Source of the DNA: an uncultured Bacteroidales bacterium
Lineage (GTDB): Bacteria; Bacteroidota; Bacteroidia; Bacteroidales; BM520
Reading direction: 5' to 3'
Length of the DNA stretch: 64,000 nucleotides
NCBI GenBank assembly: GCA_964474455.1
Contig: CAYYSU010000002.1
Span: 31,924 to 95,923 of the forward strand
The stretch's first letter is position 1; each line of letters begins with the position of its first letter. Both the position numbers and the translations under genes were made by a program. Below are positions 27,720 to 36,474 of this stretch, piece after piece. The notes beneath the pieces were generated by a model that did not search any database, was not told the origin of the DNA, and saw only the letters and a program-made list of their open reading frames with translations.

Positions 27720-28787
27720 ATGCGGGCTAAACACGAGATTCTTACGACCTTTTTTCTTCTATGTACCTTGCTGACTTGTAATTCTTCCATTATGGCCCAG
27801 AGCGAGTCACAACCCGACTCAGCTGATGCTTTGTATATCTATTATCAGAATAAACCTGGGTTAGAAGTGTCGCTTGAGCGTTACTTCACTGAAGAACATC
27901 GTCTGAATCTGTTTTTTAACGATCGAAAGGATTCAGCTTTCTTTGCTCCATTCCTTGATTCTCTGCGATTACAATACCCGTCGGAGTGGAAATATGTCGA
28001 TAACCTGGTGAGATATGTACAGGAAAATATTGATTATGAAAAATATAATCCCGGTGAGTATATCAAATACCCATGGCAAACTTTTATGGATCATTCCGGT
28101 GTTTGCTCCGACAAATCGGTCCTTCTGGGAAAGCTACTTGTTTACTCGGGCTATAAAGTGGCTATGTTTGCTTTTTTTGATGCTGAACATATGGGTGTGG
28201 GGCTGAAAGTACCGCAGAAACATGGCTCATTCAACTCCCCATACATATATATCGAGACTACTAATGTCCGCCCGATGGGTAGTATCCCGTACGACTCTTT
28301 TAAACAAGGTGATCTTGATAATCCTGCAATCTTTGAGATAGAAGAGAACGGTGAGCGTGTTTTTACTTCACTGCATACCCTTCAGGACTATTATGACTCC
28401 CTGGAGACATCCTACGGCGAAGATTTCCTGTTCCTAGATAGAAAATCCCGATTCCTGAATATGCGAATCAATGACATGCAAAGCGTTGTGGATTCGCTGA
28501 AAAATAACCTCGATTATTTGACTTTTGAGTATGAAGCACTAACGGCAGCAATTACAGAACAAAATAGTGTTATTGCTGAGATGGGTTGTAATGGTGTTAT
28601 TAACGATGACAGACTTTTTGAAGAGTGTGAGAAAAAGATGAATCAATACAATAAACAGGTTGAAATAGTTAATTCCATTAGTGAAAATCTTAAGAAAGAA
28701 TCAGTCATAAGAAACCAGCTTGTTAAGGAGTTAAATAAGTTTATTGATGAGTATAATGCTCATATCAATGCGATGAATAACCAATAG
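27720..28787 (+). CDS. transglutaminase-like cysteine-protease-fold (lipo)protein with C-terminal coiled coil
   Basis: Signal peptide MRAKHEILTTFFLLCTLLTC. Core motif HSGVCSDKSVLLGKLLVYSGYKVAMFAFFDAEHMGVGL...YIYIETT, a Cys-His-acidic arrangement at ~28098-28262. The last ~115 aa are heptad-rich. Start moved from 27624, which overlaps the upstream gene and spans the hairpin, to ATG 27720. Confidence 0.6.
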   Translation: MRAKHEILTTFFLLCTLLTCNSSIMAQSESQPDSADALYIYYQNKPGLEVSLERYFTEEHRLNLFFNDRKDSAFFAPFLDSLRLQYPSEWKYVDNLVRYVQENIDYEKYNPGEYIKYPWQTFMDHSGVCSDKSVLLGKLLVYSGYKVAMFAFFDAEHMGVGLKVPQKHGSFNSPYIYIETTNVRPMGSIPYDSFKQGDLDNPAIFEIEENGERVFTSLHTLQDYYDSLETSYGEDFLFLDRKSRFLNMRINDMQSVVDSLKNNLDYLTFEYEALTAAITEQNSVIAEMGCNGVINDDRLFEECEKKMNQYNKQVEIVNSISENLKKESVIRNQLVKELNKFIDEYNAHINAMNNQ

Positions 28788-28790
28788 CTA

Positions 28791-29330
28791 TTATTCTCTT
28801 TCCGTCTTCATTTTCTGAAACAGATTATAAATCACTACTCCAGCACAAACGGATATGTTTAGCGAGTGCTTAGTACCATATTGCGCCAGTTCGATGCATC
28901 CGTCACACACATCCACCACTTCCTGCGAAACACCCTTTACCTCATTGCCAAAAATAATGGCAATCTTATCCTCGTCTGTTACAGTGAAATCCTCAAGATC
29001 TATGCTCTCCTCCGCCTGCTCGATAGCAAAGACTTTATACCCTTGCTGCTGAAGCTTTTTTACTGCCTCTACGGTATCTTCAACGTACTCCCACGTCACA
29101 GAATCTGTAGCACCCAGGGCTGTCTTTTGAATCTCGCGGTGTGGCGGTGTGGCGGTAAATCCACAGAGTATTATCTTCTCAACTAAAAACGCATCAGAGG
29201 TGCGAAAAACAGATCCGGTATTATTCTGGCTCCTGATGTTATCCTGTATTACCACGAGAGGAATTTTTTTCAGTTTTTTATAATCCTCAACCTCCGGTCG
29301 CCCCAACTCATCGTTTCTCAGTTTTCGCAT
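28791..29330 (-). CDS. SpoU/TrmH-family RNA 2'-O-methyltransferase
   Basis: 179 aa with SPOUT motifs NTGSVFRTSDAF, IIFGNEVKGVS and KHSLNISVCAGVVIY. Confidence 0.8.
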   Translation of the reverse strand: MRKLRNDELGRPEVEDYKKLKKIPLVVIQDNIRSQNNTGSVFRTSDAFLVEKIILCGFTATPPHREIQKTALGATDSVTWEYVEDTVEAVKKLQQQGYKVFAIEQAEESIDLEDFTVTDEDKIAIIFGNEVKGVSQEVVDVCDGCIELAQYGTKHSLNISVCAGVVIYNLFQKMKTERE

Positions 29331-29418
29331 AACGTATATTTTTTAACGGCAAAGGTAGGGAGATTTTCTTTTTATCTTTTTTAAGGAATAAGTATCTTTG
29401 TCTTCTTACAGTAATAAT

Positions 29419-32031
29419 ATGGTAAAGAAGAGTGCTAAGGGGGGTAATGAAACTCCATTGATGAAACAATACAATAGTATAAAGGCAAAGTATCCCGATG
29501 CAATGCTATTGTTTAGGGTGGGGGATTTTTATGAAACCTTTGGCGAAGATGCAAAAAAGGCTTCAGATATTCTGGGCATAGTGCTTACCAAGCGATCAAA
29601 CGGTGCCGCAGCCAAAATCGCCCTGGCGGGATTTCCCCATCATGCACTCGACACATACCTTCCAAAGCTGGTGAAAGCAGGGCAGAAGGTCGCTATCTGT
29701 GATCAGCTTGAGGATCCTAAACTAACAAAAACAATCGTCAAAAGGGGAGTTACCGAACTGGTTACGCCCGGAGTTTCATATAATGACAAAATACTTGAGC
29801 AAAAAGAGAATAACTTCCTGGCGTGCCTGCACATGGATAATCACCAAAGTGGCGTTTCGTTTCTGGATATCTCCACAGGAGAATTCCTGTTGGCACAGGG
29901 TAGCCGCGAATATGTAGAGAAACTTATCCAAAGCTTTAATCCCAGCGAAGTGATACTGCAAAGAAATAAACGTGAGGAGTTTTTTAGTATCTTTGGTAAT
30001 CATTTCTATATCTCCACTTTCGATGACTGGGTTTTTACTTACGATTTTGCATACGAAAATCTGATCCGCCATTTCCAGACCAACTCGCTGAAAGGCTTTG
30101 GGGTAGAAGATATGGATCAGGGAATTATTGCCGCAGGCGGCGCACTGCACTACCTGTCAGAAACACGTCATGATAAGGTTCAACATATATCCAACCTCTC
30201 ACGGATAGAGGAGGACAGATATGTGTGGCTCGACAGGTTTACCATCCGTAACCTGGAGCTGCTGCATTCACCTCATGAAAACGCAACCACCCTGTTGGAT
30301 GTGATGGACAAAACAATCTCTCCAATGGGTAGCCGTATGATGCGACGATGGATAGTGCTTCCTCTCAAGGAGGTGAAACCCATTACCGAACGCCAAGATG
30401 TGGTTGAGACATTCCAGGCTAACGACTCCCTATCAGATGAAATCTCCTCACAGCTACGACAGATCGGTGACCTGGAGCGCCTGATATCTAAAGTTGCCAC
30501 CGCTCGTATCAATCCACGTGAACTGGTGCAGGTGAAAAACGCACTCCTGGCAATAGATCCGGTGAAAGAAGCTTGCGGAAACAACAATAACGAAGCATTA
30601 CAACGCATCGGCGACAGGCTCAATCCTTGTGATATGATACGGCAACGCCTGGAAAAAGAACTTGTTGATGAACCACCAACACAGGTGCAGAAAGGAGGCG
30701 TATTCCGTGAAGGTATATCTCAGGATCTTGATGAGTTGAGAAAACTTGCATATAGTGGAAAAGACTATCTGGCACAAATACAACGACGCGAATCAGCAGA
30801 AACAGGAATCCCCAGCCTTAAGATAGGCTATAACAATGTATTTGGATACTACCTTGAGGTAACCAACACCCATAAAGAAAAAGCTCCCGAATCCTGGGTG
30901 AGAAAACAAACACTGGTAAACTCCGAACGATATATCACGCCGGAGCTAAAGGAGCTGGAAGAAAAGATCCTCAATGCTGAGGAGAAGATTCTCATTTTGG
31001 AATCACGCCTCTACGAAGAACTGGTGCTGGCAACGGCAGAGTATATACAGCCGGTTCAACTTAATGCTCAACTACTAGCCCAGCTGGATTGCCTACTCTC
31101 TTTCTCTGAACTGGCAAAAGAGAACGGATACACGCGCCCGGTGCTTAATGAAGGATATGCCATTGACATAAAAAACGGACGCCATCCGGTTATTGAAAAA
31201 CAACTGCCGCCGGGAGAGAAATATATTGCCAATGACGTTTATCTTGATAATGAACGCCAGCAGATAATGATTATCACCGGCCCAAATATGTCCGGTAAAT
31301 CTGCTTTACTACGTCAGACAGCTCTTGTTGTACTTATGGCTCAGATGGGCTCTTTTGTCCCCGCCAAACACGCTGCCATAGGCCTAGTGGATAAAGTATT
31401 TACCCGCGTAGGAGCATCAGATAATATCTCCTCCGGAGAATCAACGTTTATGGTGGAGATGAATGAAACGGCATCGATACTCAATAACATCTCCAATAGA
31501 AGTCTTATTTTATTGGATGAAATTGGCCGTGGAACCTCTACCTATGACGGAATTTCCATTGCCTGGGCCATTGCCGAATTTCTTCATAATCATCAGGTTT
31601 ATCGCCCAAAGGTGCTCTTTGCAACGCATTACCATGAGCTTAATGAGATGGCTGCTACCATGAAGCGCATAAAGAACTATCATGTCTCCGTAAAAGAGAT
31701 AAATAATAAGATCATTTTTTTACGTAAACTCGCCAAAGGAGGTACAGAACATAGCTTCGGTATTCATGTGGCCCAGATGGCAGGTATGCCCGCAATGGTA
31801 ACTCACAGAGCAGGAAATATGCTAAAGCAGCTGGAGAGAAGCCATAGCCAGGAAGGCATAGGAAAGAGTAATTCCGCTTTCTCCGATGAGATGCAGCTCT
31901 CCTTTATTCAACTCGACGATCCATTGCTCTACCAAATTCGGGATGATATCTTACATACCGATATAAATTCACTAACACCGGTGGAAGCGCTGATGAAACT
32001 CAATGAAATAAAGAAACTGCTCGGGGGCTAA
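29419..32031 (+). CDS. mutS: DNA mismatch repair protein MutS
   Basis: [25 protein letters not shown] at the N-terminus, Walker [23 protein letters not shown] and THYHEL. The track start at 29398 is TTG; the first ATG is at 29419. Confidence 0.95.
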   Translation: MVKKSAKGGNETPLMKQYNSIKAKYPDAMLLFRVGDFYETFGEDAKKASDILGIVLTKRSNGAAAKIALAGFPHHALDTYLPKLVKAGQKVAICDQLEDPKLTKTIVKRGVTELVTPGVSYNDKILEQKENNFLACLHMDNHQSGVSFLDISTGEFLLAQGSREYVEKLIQSFNPSEVILQRNKREEFFSIFGNHFYISTFDDWVFTYDFAYENLIRHFQTNSLKGFGVEDMDQGIIAAGGALHYLSETRHDKVQHISNLSRIEEDRYVWLDRFTIRNLELLHSPHENATTLLDVMDKTISPMGSRMMRRWIVLPLKEVKPITERQDVVETFQANDSLSDEISSQLRQIGDLERLISKVATARINPRELVQVKNALLAIDPVKEACGNNNNEALQRIGDRLNPCDMIRQRLEKELVDEPPTQVQKGGVFREGISQDLDELRKLAYSGKDYLAQIQRRESAETGIPSLKIGYNNVFGYYLEVTNTHKEKAPESWVRKQTLVNSERYITPELKELEEKILNAEEKILILESRLYEELVLATAEYIQPVQLNAQLLAQLDCLLSFSELAKENGYTRPVLNEGYAIDIKNGRHPVIEKQLPPGEKYIANDVYLDNERQQIMIITGPNMSGKSALLRQTALVVLMAQMGSFVPAKHAAIGLVDKVFTRVGASDNISSGESTFMVEMNETASILNNISNRSLILLDEIGRGTSTYDGISIAWAIAEFLHNHQVYRPKVLFATHYHELNEMAATMKRIKNYHVSVKEINNKIIFLRKLAKGGTEHSFGIHVAQMAGMPAMVTHRAGNMLKQLERSHSQEGIGKSNSAFSDEMQLSFIQLDDPLLYQIRDDILHTDINSLTPVEALMKLNEIKKLLGG

Positions 32032-32159
32032 TCTATCACTGGCAAGAGCAAATATATTAGCAATGTGCAAAGGAATATGATGCTAGATTATTTATAAATA
32101 ATAATATTCTTTTGATTCCGAGGGTGAAAACAAAAAAAGTGCATTTTTTTTAATGGGTT

Positions 32160-32192
32160 CTTGCACAATAAAGAAAAATCGCCTTATATTTG
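32160..32192 (+). promoter_or_regulatory. candidate promoter for the tRNA cluster
   Basis: CTTG (32160-32163) and TATATTTG (32185-32192, fits TAnnTTTG) separated by 21 bp. The -7 box ends 16 nt before the first tRNA. Confidence 0.5.
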
Positions 32193-32208
32193 CAGTCCCA
32201 AAAGAAAT

Positions 32209-32281
32209 GCGAAAGTAGCTCAGTTGGTAGAGCACAACCTTGCCAAGGTTGGGGTCGCGGGTCCGAGTCCCGTCTTTCGCT
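32209..32281 (+). tRNA. tRNA-Gly(GCC), copy 1 (T-loop TCCGAGT, C at position 55)
   Basis: Manual cloverleaf: acceptor GCGAAAG/CTTTCGC, D-arm GCTC-AGTTGGTA-GAGC, anticodon arm CAACC-TTGCCAA-GGTTG, T-arm GCGGG-TCCGAGT-CCCGT, discriminator T. Confidence 0.85.
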
Positions 32282-32283
32282 CT

Positions 32284-32316
32284 AAGGATCTCTGTTCAAT
32301 AGGGGATCCTTTTTTT
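32284..32316 (+). terminator. intrinsic terminator directly after tRNA-Gly copy 1
   Basis: AAGGATCTCT-N8-GGGGATCCTT hairpin (core GGATC/GATCC plus wobble pairs) followed by T7. Confidence 0.65.
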
Positions 32317-32330
32317 GAAATAATCAGTTT

Positions 32331-32415
32331 GCCCGGGTGGTGGAATTGGTAGACACGAAGGACTTAAAATCCTTTGGCCATTGCGGCCGTGCGGGTTCAA
32401 TTCCCGCTCCGGGTA
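32331..32415 (+). tRNA. tRNA-Leu(UAA), long variable arm; CCA encoded at 32416-32418
   Basis: Acceptor GCCCGGG/TCCGGGT, anticodon loop CTTAAAA, variable arm TGGCCATTGCGGCCGT, T-arm GCGGG-TTCAATT-CCCGC, discriminator A. Confidence 0.9.
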
Positions 32416-32420
32416 CCAAT

Positions 32421-32493
32421 GCGAAAGTAGCTCAGTTGGTAGAGCACAACCTTGCCAAGGTTGGGGTCGCGGGTTCGAGTCCCGTCTTTCGCT
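32421..32493 (+). tRNA. tRNA-Gly(GCC), copy 2 (canonical T-loop TTCGAGT)
   Basis: Identical to copy 1 except T instead of C at tRNA position 55 (32475 vs 32263). Confidence 0.92.
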
Positions 32494-32499
32494 CTGAAT

Positions 32500-32526
32500 A
32501 AGCTCTCTTAAGGAGAGCTTTTTTTA
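32500..32526 (+). terminator. intrinsic terminator after the tRNA cluster
   Basis: AAGCTCTC-TTAAG-GAGAGCTT perfect 8-bp stem running into T7. Confidence 0.75.
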
Positions 32527-32553
32527 TACCGGAAATTATAATACGCAGTATTA

Positions 32554-33288
32554 TTAATTTCTCTTAATAAAAAGAGCGGCTCCAAAATATATGTTACTGA
32601 TTACAGGGTTGTAGATGAACTTTGTGTTTATACTCATAGATAGATTCTCCTTTTCTAATACCTTGCAGTCGGCGGAAGTTTCAATATTTACTAGTCCTGC
32701 CTCGCTGCCATACATGCTCTCCCAGGGGCTGTAGCCCAGGATAAAGCTAGTGCTCATATCATTAAAGTCTTTGTTATACCCCATCTGAAGATATGTGCTG
32801 TAGTAGTTTTCGTTATTGTCGTCAAGGTCGCTGCCCCAAACCATGGTACTGACCATTACACTGAAAGGAGTATTTGATAAGGAGTAACCCAATTGTATAT
32901 CAATAAGATGTGGTGTGCTGGGCTGATTCCAATCTCTGAACTCTGAACTGAATACCGCCTCTCTGGGACAGTAATAATCCAAAACGCTGATCGAGAACCC
33001 TTTTTTAGCATAAGTGAAGTAAAAATCTATCTCTTTAAACGAACCATTCAGGGCTGATCCATTCCATATTCCGGCAGAGAAACCTTCAGACAGTTGCATG
33101 GTAGCTCCGGCTTGGAAGCTTACTCCATGGCCTGTTTTGTTGCCACGCCAATAATGCTGATTATGTAACGACACTGAAGCGTCCCATTTTAATCCACCGG
33201 TGGAGGTGACTTCTGATGGCGTTTCTTCTGAAAAACCATACAGTGTAGCCATAAAAAGTAGCATTATTACCAAGGCAATATTCTTCAT
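32554..33288 (-). CDS. outer-membrane beta-barrel protein, possibly TorF/Gcw_chp-like
   Basis: Has a signal peptide. The N-terminal pattern HNQHYWRGNKTG..GVSFQAGATMQLSEGFSAGIWNGS..KEIDFYFTY resembles the TorF-family signature as I remember it. Beta-strand periodicity runs throughout. Confidence 0.45.
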   Translation of the reverse strand: MKNIALVIMLLFMATLYGFSEETPSEVTSTGGLKWDASVSLHNQHYWRGNKTGHGVSFQAGATMQLSEGFSAGIWNGSALNGSFKEIDFYFTYAKKGFSISVLDYYCPREAVFSSEFRDWNQPSTPHLIDIQLGYSLSNTPFSVMVSTMVWGSDLDDNNENYYSTYLQMGYNKDFNDMSTSFILGYSPWESMYGSEAGLVNIETSADCKVLEKENLSMSINTKFIYNPVISNIYFGAALFIKRN

Positions 33289-33496
33289 AGCTGTATTGTG
33301 TTTTTAGGCCGCAAAAGTACACCCTTTTTTAATTCGTTCAAAAGGTTTTTAGTAATTTTTAAAAAGCTGATTTTAAGCCACTTAATTATTGGGTGTTAAC
33401 ATATCGTTATATTTTTTAGTCTCATTTTGCATGTGTTGATTTCTTGTTTACTTTTGCGCGCAATTGCGAAGAGATAACAATGCTAAATAATTTACA

Positions 33497-34660
33497 ATGG
33501 TGGTGTTAAAACAAATTCGAAATTCAGATTTTCTTAAGAAGAGAAGATATGAAGCTTTTGTGTTCTTGATTATATTTTTTGCTTTTTTCGGTGGTCTGAG
33601 CTCCGTTATGGGCGTTGCAAATATGCTCAATACCATTATGAATACAGCGTGGGATTTACTTATGAATACGGTGTTTTACCTTATGGGTATAACGGTTCTC
33701 ACAGGAGCTTTAAGCCGTTTGATGATCGAATTCGGCGTTGTGCGCCTCCTGGAGGCTCTGCTGGCGCCATTGATGCGTCCTCTTTTTAACCTCCCCGGCG
33801 TGGCAGCCCTGGCAGGTGTTATGACCTTCTTCTCCGACAACCCCGCGATTATCGCGCTATCCAATGATAAAAATTTCAGCCGCTACTTTAAAACCTACGA
33901 ATTGGTATCTCTTACCAACTTTGGAACCTCTTTCGGTATGGGACTTATTGTGATAACCTTTATGAGTGGATTCGGATACTTCGGTCCTGCAATGATTGGC
34001 CTGGCAGGTGCAATTTGCGGAGCTATCATCTCTACTCGTATGATGCAGCGGTTATCGCGCAAGGAGTTGGAGAAATTATCTGTCAATGAAACCCCTGGAG
34101 ATAATACACAGATCTCTTTCAAATCAGAAGGATCCACGTTTATGCGTCTTTTAAACTCCATCCTTGACGGTGGCAAGTCCGGTGTGCAGCTTGGCCTCTC
34201 TATTATTCCCGGAGTATTGGTGATATCAACAATCGTAATGATACTTACTTTTGGTCCCAATGATGCCGCAGTCGGTTATCAGGGTCTTGCATACGAGGGT
34301 GTTCCTTTCTTGCCCAAGCTTGCTGGTTATGCAAGTGGTGTTTTTGAGTTTCTTTTTGGTTTTGAAGATCCTGAGCTAATCGCATTTCCTATCACCTCGC
34401 TGGGTGCTGTAGGTGCAGCTCTCTCCCTGGTTAAGATGTATGTGGCCCAGGGGCTGATAAATGGAAATGCCATCGCAGTGTTTACTGCTATGGGTATGTG
34501 CTGGAGTGGTTATCTGAGTACTCACACTGCTATGCTGGATACATTGGGCTACCGCCAACTTACTTCAAAAGCACTGCTCTCACATACCGTAGGAGGGCTG
34601 TTCGCAGGGATTTTGGCGCATTACTTCTACCTTCTGGCACAGCTTGTAGGAATAGTATAA
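33497..34660 (+). CDS. polytopic membrane protein, probably nucleoside-recognition (Gate) domain family
   Basis: About 9-10 hydrophobic segments. LEALLAPLMRPLFNLPGVAALAGVMTFFSDNPA resembles Gate-domain motifs. The exact start is uncertain. Confidence 0.45.
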   Translation: MVVLKQIRNSDFLKKRRYEAFVFLIIFFAFFGGLSSVMGVANMLNTIMNTAWDLLMNTVFYLMGITVLTGALSRLMIEFGVVRLLEALLAPLMRPLFNLPGVAALAGVMTFFSDNPAIIALSNDKNFSRYFKTYELVSLTNFGTSFGMGLIVITFMSGFGYFGPAMIGLAGAICGAIISTRMMQRLSRKELEKLSVNETPGDNTQISFKSEGSTFMRLLNSILDGGKSGVQLGLSIIPGVLVISTIVMILTFGPNDAAVGYQGLAYEGVPFLPKLAGYASGVFEFLFGFEDPELIAFPITSLGAVGAALSLVKMYVAQGLINGNAIAVFTAMGMCWSGYLSTHTAMLDTLGYRQLTSKALLSHTVGGLFAGILAHYFYLLAQLVGIV

Positions 34661-34663
34661 CAA

Positions 34664-34879
34664 CTATTCCTTTGTATCTGTATCTTTTCCCTGCTTAAGG
34701 ATATTATTAACCTCTTCTTCGGTTGAAGTTAACTTTCTACGGCATACACCGATGAGCTCTGTCGCTCTTTTTACCCTGGAACTGAGATCGTCGATGCCGA
34801 TGTTTTCATCTTCCATTTCAGCAACAATGTTTTCAAGCTCCGTTATTGCCTCGTCGTAGCTGATATTCTTCTTTGCCAT
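34664..34879 (-). CDS. xseB: exodeoxyribonuclease VII small subunit
   Basis: 71 aa with YDEAITELENIVAEME...IDDL...L...C..KL. Lies directly downstream of xseA with a 2-nt gap. Confidence 0.9.
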   Translation of the reverse strand: MAKKNISYDEAITELENIVAEMEDENIGIDDLSSRVKRATELIGVCRRKLTSTEEEVNNILKQGKDTDTKE

Positions 34880-34881
34880 AT

Positions 34882-36282
34882 CTATTTGTTTTCTTTTTTT
34901 GTAATAATTGATGTGAAAGCACCCTTAAAGAGTATGGTCTCTATCTCATCTCCGGGAGTCAATACCTCCGTATTTATAAGAGCTTTCCCCTTGAGAGTAG
35001 TAATACTGTATCCTCTACGTAGAATGTTTTCTGGATGTAAAATGCGAATCATTTTGTTAAGAGTCTCTACTCTGATCCTCTCTGTTTGAATCACAATATC
35101 TTTTTTGTTTGTTATTACAGCGAGCATTCTTTCAAGATTAGAACTCTGATTTGCAATGATTTTTTCCGAGCGTTGTTTCAGCTCATCTGTTTTATATAGT
35201 AATTTTTTTTCCTCTTCACGTATTATTATGCCCGAGTCCGCTGAAACCTTATCTGCCATATTGTGTATGAGGTTATTCTGAAAACGGATCTCATTCTTTA
35301 CCGCCCTGTGAATACGTTTTTCCAGATCAGATATCTCTTTTTCAGAATCTTGTAGCATTACACCTGCATTTCTAAGTATTACCTCTTCCGCAATATTTAC
35401 CCTCTCCTGAAAGTCATTGACTAGTTCACAAATGAACATAGCGGTATCGGTGGGCGTTTTTCTTCGTACCGAAGCTATAAGGTCACATATTGTTTCATCA
35501 TCAGTGTGGCCGATGCCTGTAATTACCGGTAAAGATACCTGAGCCATGATAGCACACAGCTTATATTCGTCAAAGCACTTAAGATCCAGTTCTGCTCCTC
35601 CTCCGCGGATCATAATAATCGTGTCGAAGTCCATGTGCTGATCTTCAATAATGCGCAGGTTACGGATAATATCCGCTGCGGCATTCTCGCCCTGCATGAT
35701 GGAAGAGAATAGCGTGATGCTAAAGCTGATGTGGGGACAGAATGTTTTTAGGGTTTTGTTGAAATCGTTAAGGCCTTTGCTCCCCGGTGCGGCTATAACA
35801 GCCAGTCGCTGAGGTACCGTGGGCACGACTAGCTCGCGGTTCATATCCCAGAACCCCTCTTTGCGCAAACGTTCAATAACTACCTCTTTCTCTCGAGCCA
35901 TCTCTCCCAACGTATATTGCGGATCGATATACTGTATGCTCACCGAAAGGCCATAAATCTTGTGATATTGAACCGTTCCATGGAATAGTATTGTCAGACC
36001 TTTGCTTAGTTTTATTCCTGTGGAGCCCTCGAAAGATGGGATGATATGGTTTGCAACACCTGCCCAGATGTTAGCCCTCATCTGCGATTCTATGATGCCA
36101 TATTGCTTATCAGCAAGCTGAAGGTAGTAGTGCCCTCTCTGCCCGGCCTTCAATTCGGATATCTCGGCTTTTATCCATACAGGTCTGCGCAAATGACTAT
36201 GGATAACCTCTTTTATCTCCGCAGCCAGTTCAGTGAGACTGTACACATTTTTTATAAATGGTTTATTCATCGCTTCAGTCAT
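34882..36282 (-). CDS. xseA: exodeoxyribonuclease VII large subunit
   Basis: N-terminal OB-fold region (VWIKAEISELK...GHYYLQLAD), catalytic region IIMIRGGGAELDL and a long C-terminal coiled coil. Confidence 0.9.
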   Translation of the reverse strand: MTEAMNKPFIKNVYSLTELAAEIKEVIHSHLRRPVWIKAEISELKAGQRGHYYLQLADKQYGIIESQMRANIWAGVANHIIPSFEGSTGIKLSKGLTILFHGTVQYHKIYGLSVSIQYIDPQYTLGEMAREKEVVIERLRKEGFWDMNRELVVPTVPQRLAVIAAPGSKGLNDFNKTLKTFCPHISFSITLFSSIMQGENAAADIIRNLRIIEDQHMDFDTIIMIRGGGAELDLKCFDEYKLCAIMAQVSLPVITGIGHTDDETICDLIASVRRKTPTDTAMFICELVNDFQERVNIAEEVILRNAGVMLQDSEKEISDLEKRIHRAVKNEIRFQNNLIHNMADKVSADSGIIIREEEKKLLYKTDELKQRSEKIIANQSSNLERMLAVITNKKDIVIQTERIRVETLNKMIRILHPENILRRGYSITTLKGKALINTEVLTPGDEIETILFKGAFTSIITKKENK

Positions 36283-36474
36283 AAAATATATCCGCTTCCC
36301 AGCTACAACATCATGATATTTAGTTATAATCTCCAGATATTGTTTAATTGAGATTTTATCCCGTGTAGTTTACTGTTATAAAAGCATAAAATTACAAAAA
36401 TCCTCGGCGCAGTCGTCACTATCATTATACAAGTATTATATTTGTAGAATAATTTATTTCAAAAAACAGAAAAT

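Noticed and set aside
27484-27774. N-terminal extension of the TGase-like gene (27624 start) and an overlapping 96-aa ORF
   Set aside because: The extension overlaps the ABC gene and runs through a terminator-like hairpin. ATG 27720 places a signal peptide at the N-terminus. A TATCTTTG box at 27708-27715 is too close to that ATG to be its promoter.
32161-32352. 63-aa ORF across the tRNA region
   Set aside because: It is read straight through tRNA-Gly, a terminator hairpin and the start of tRNA-Leu, so it is a translation artefact.
32209-32493. 73-nt direct repeat as a possible CRISPR array or island att-site duplication
   Set aside because: The repeats are complete tRNA-Gly genes separated only by a terminator and tRNA-Leu. 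There is no integrase, no spacer-like units and no third repeat. Flanking genes (mutS and an OM protein) look chromosomal.
33454-33463. TTGCGCGCAA palindrome (followed by TTGCG) in the divergent promoter region between the OM protein and the Gate-domain protein
   Set aside because: It is only 10 bp with no second copy seen, so it could be chance. It is noted but is too weak to call a site.
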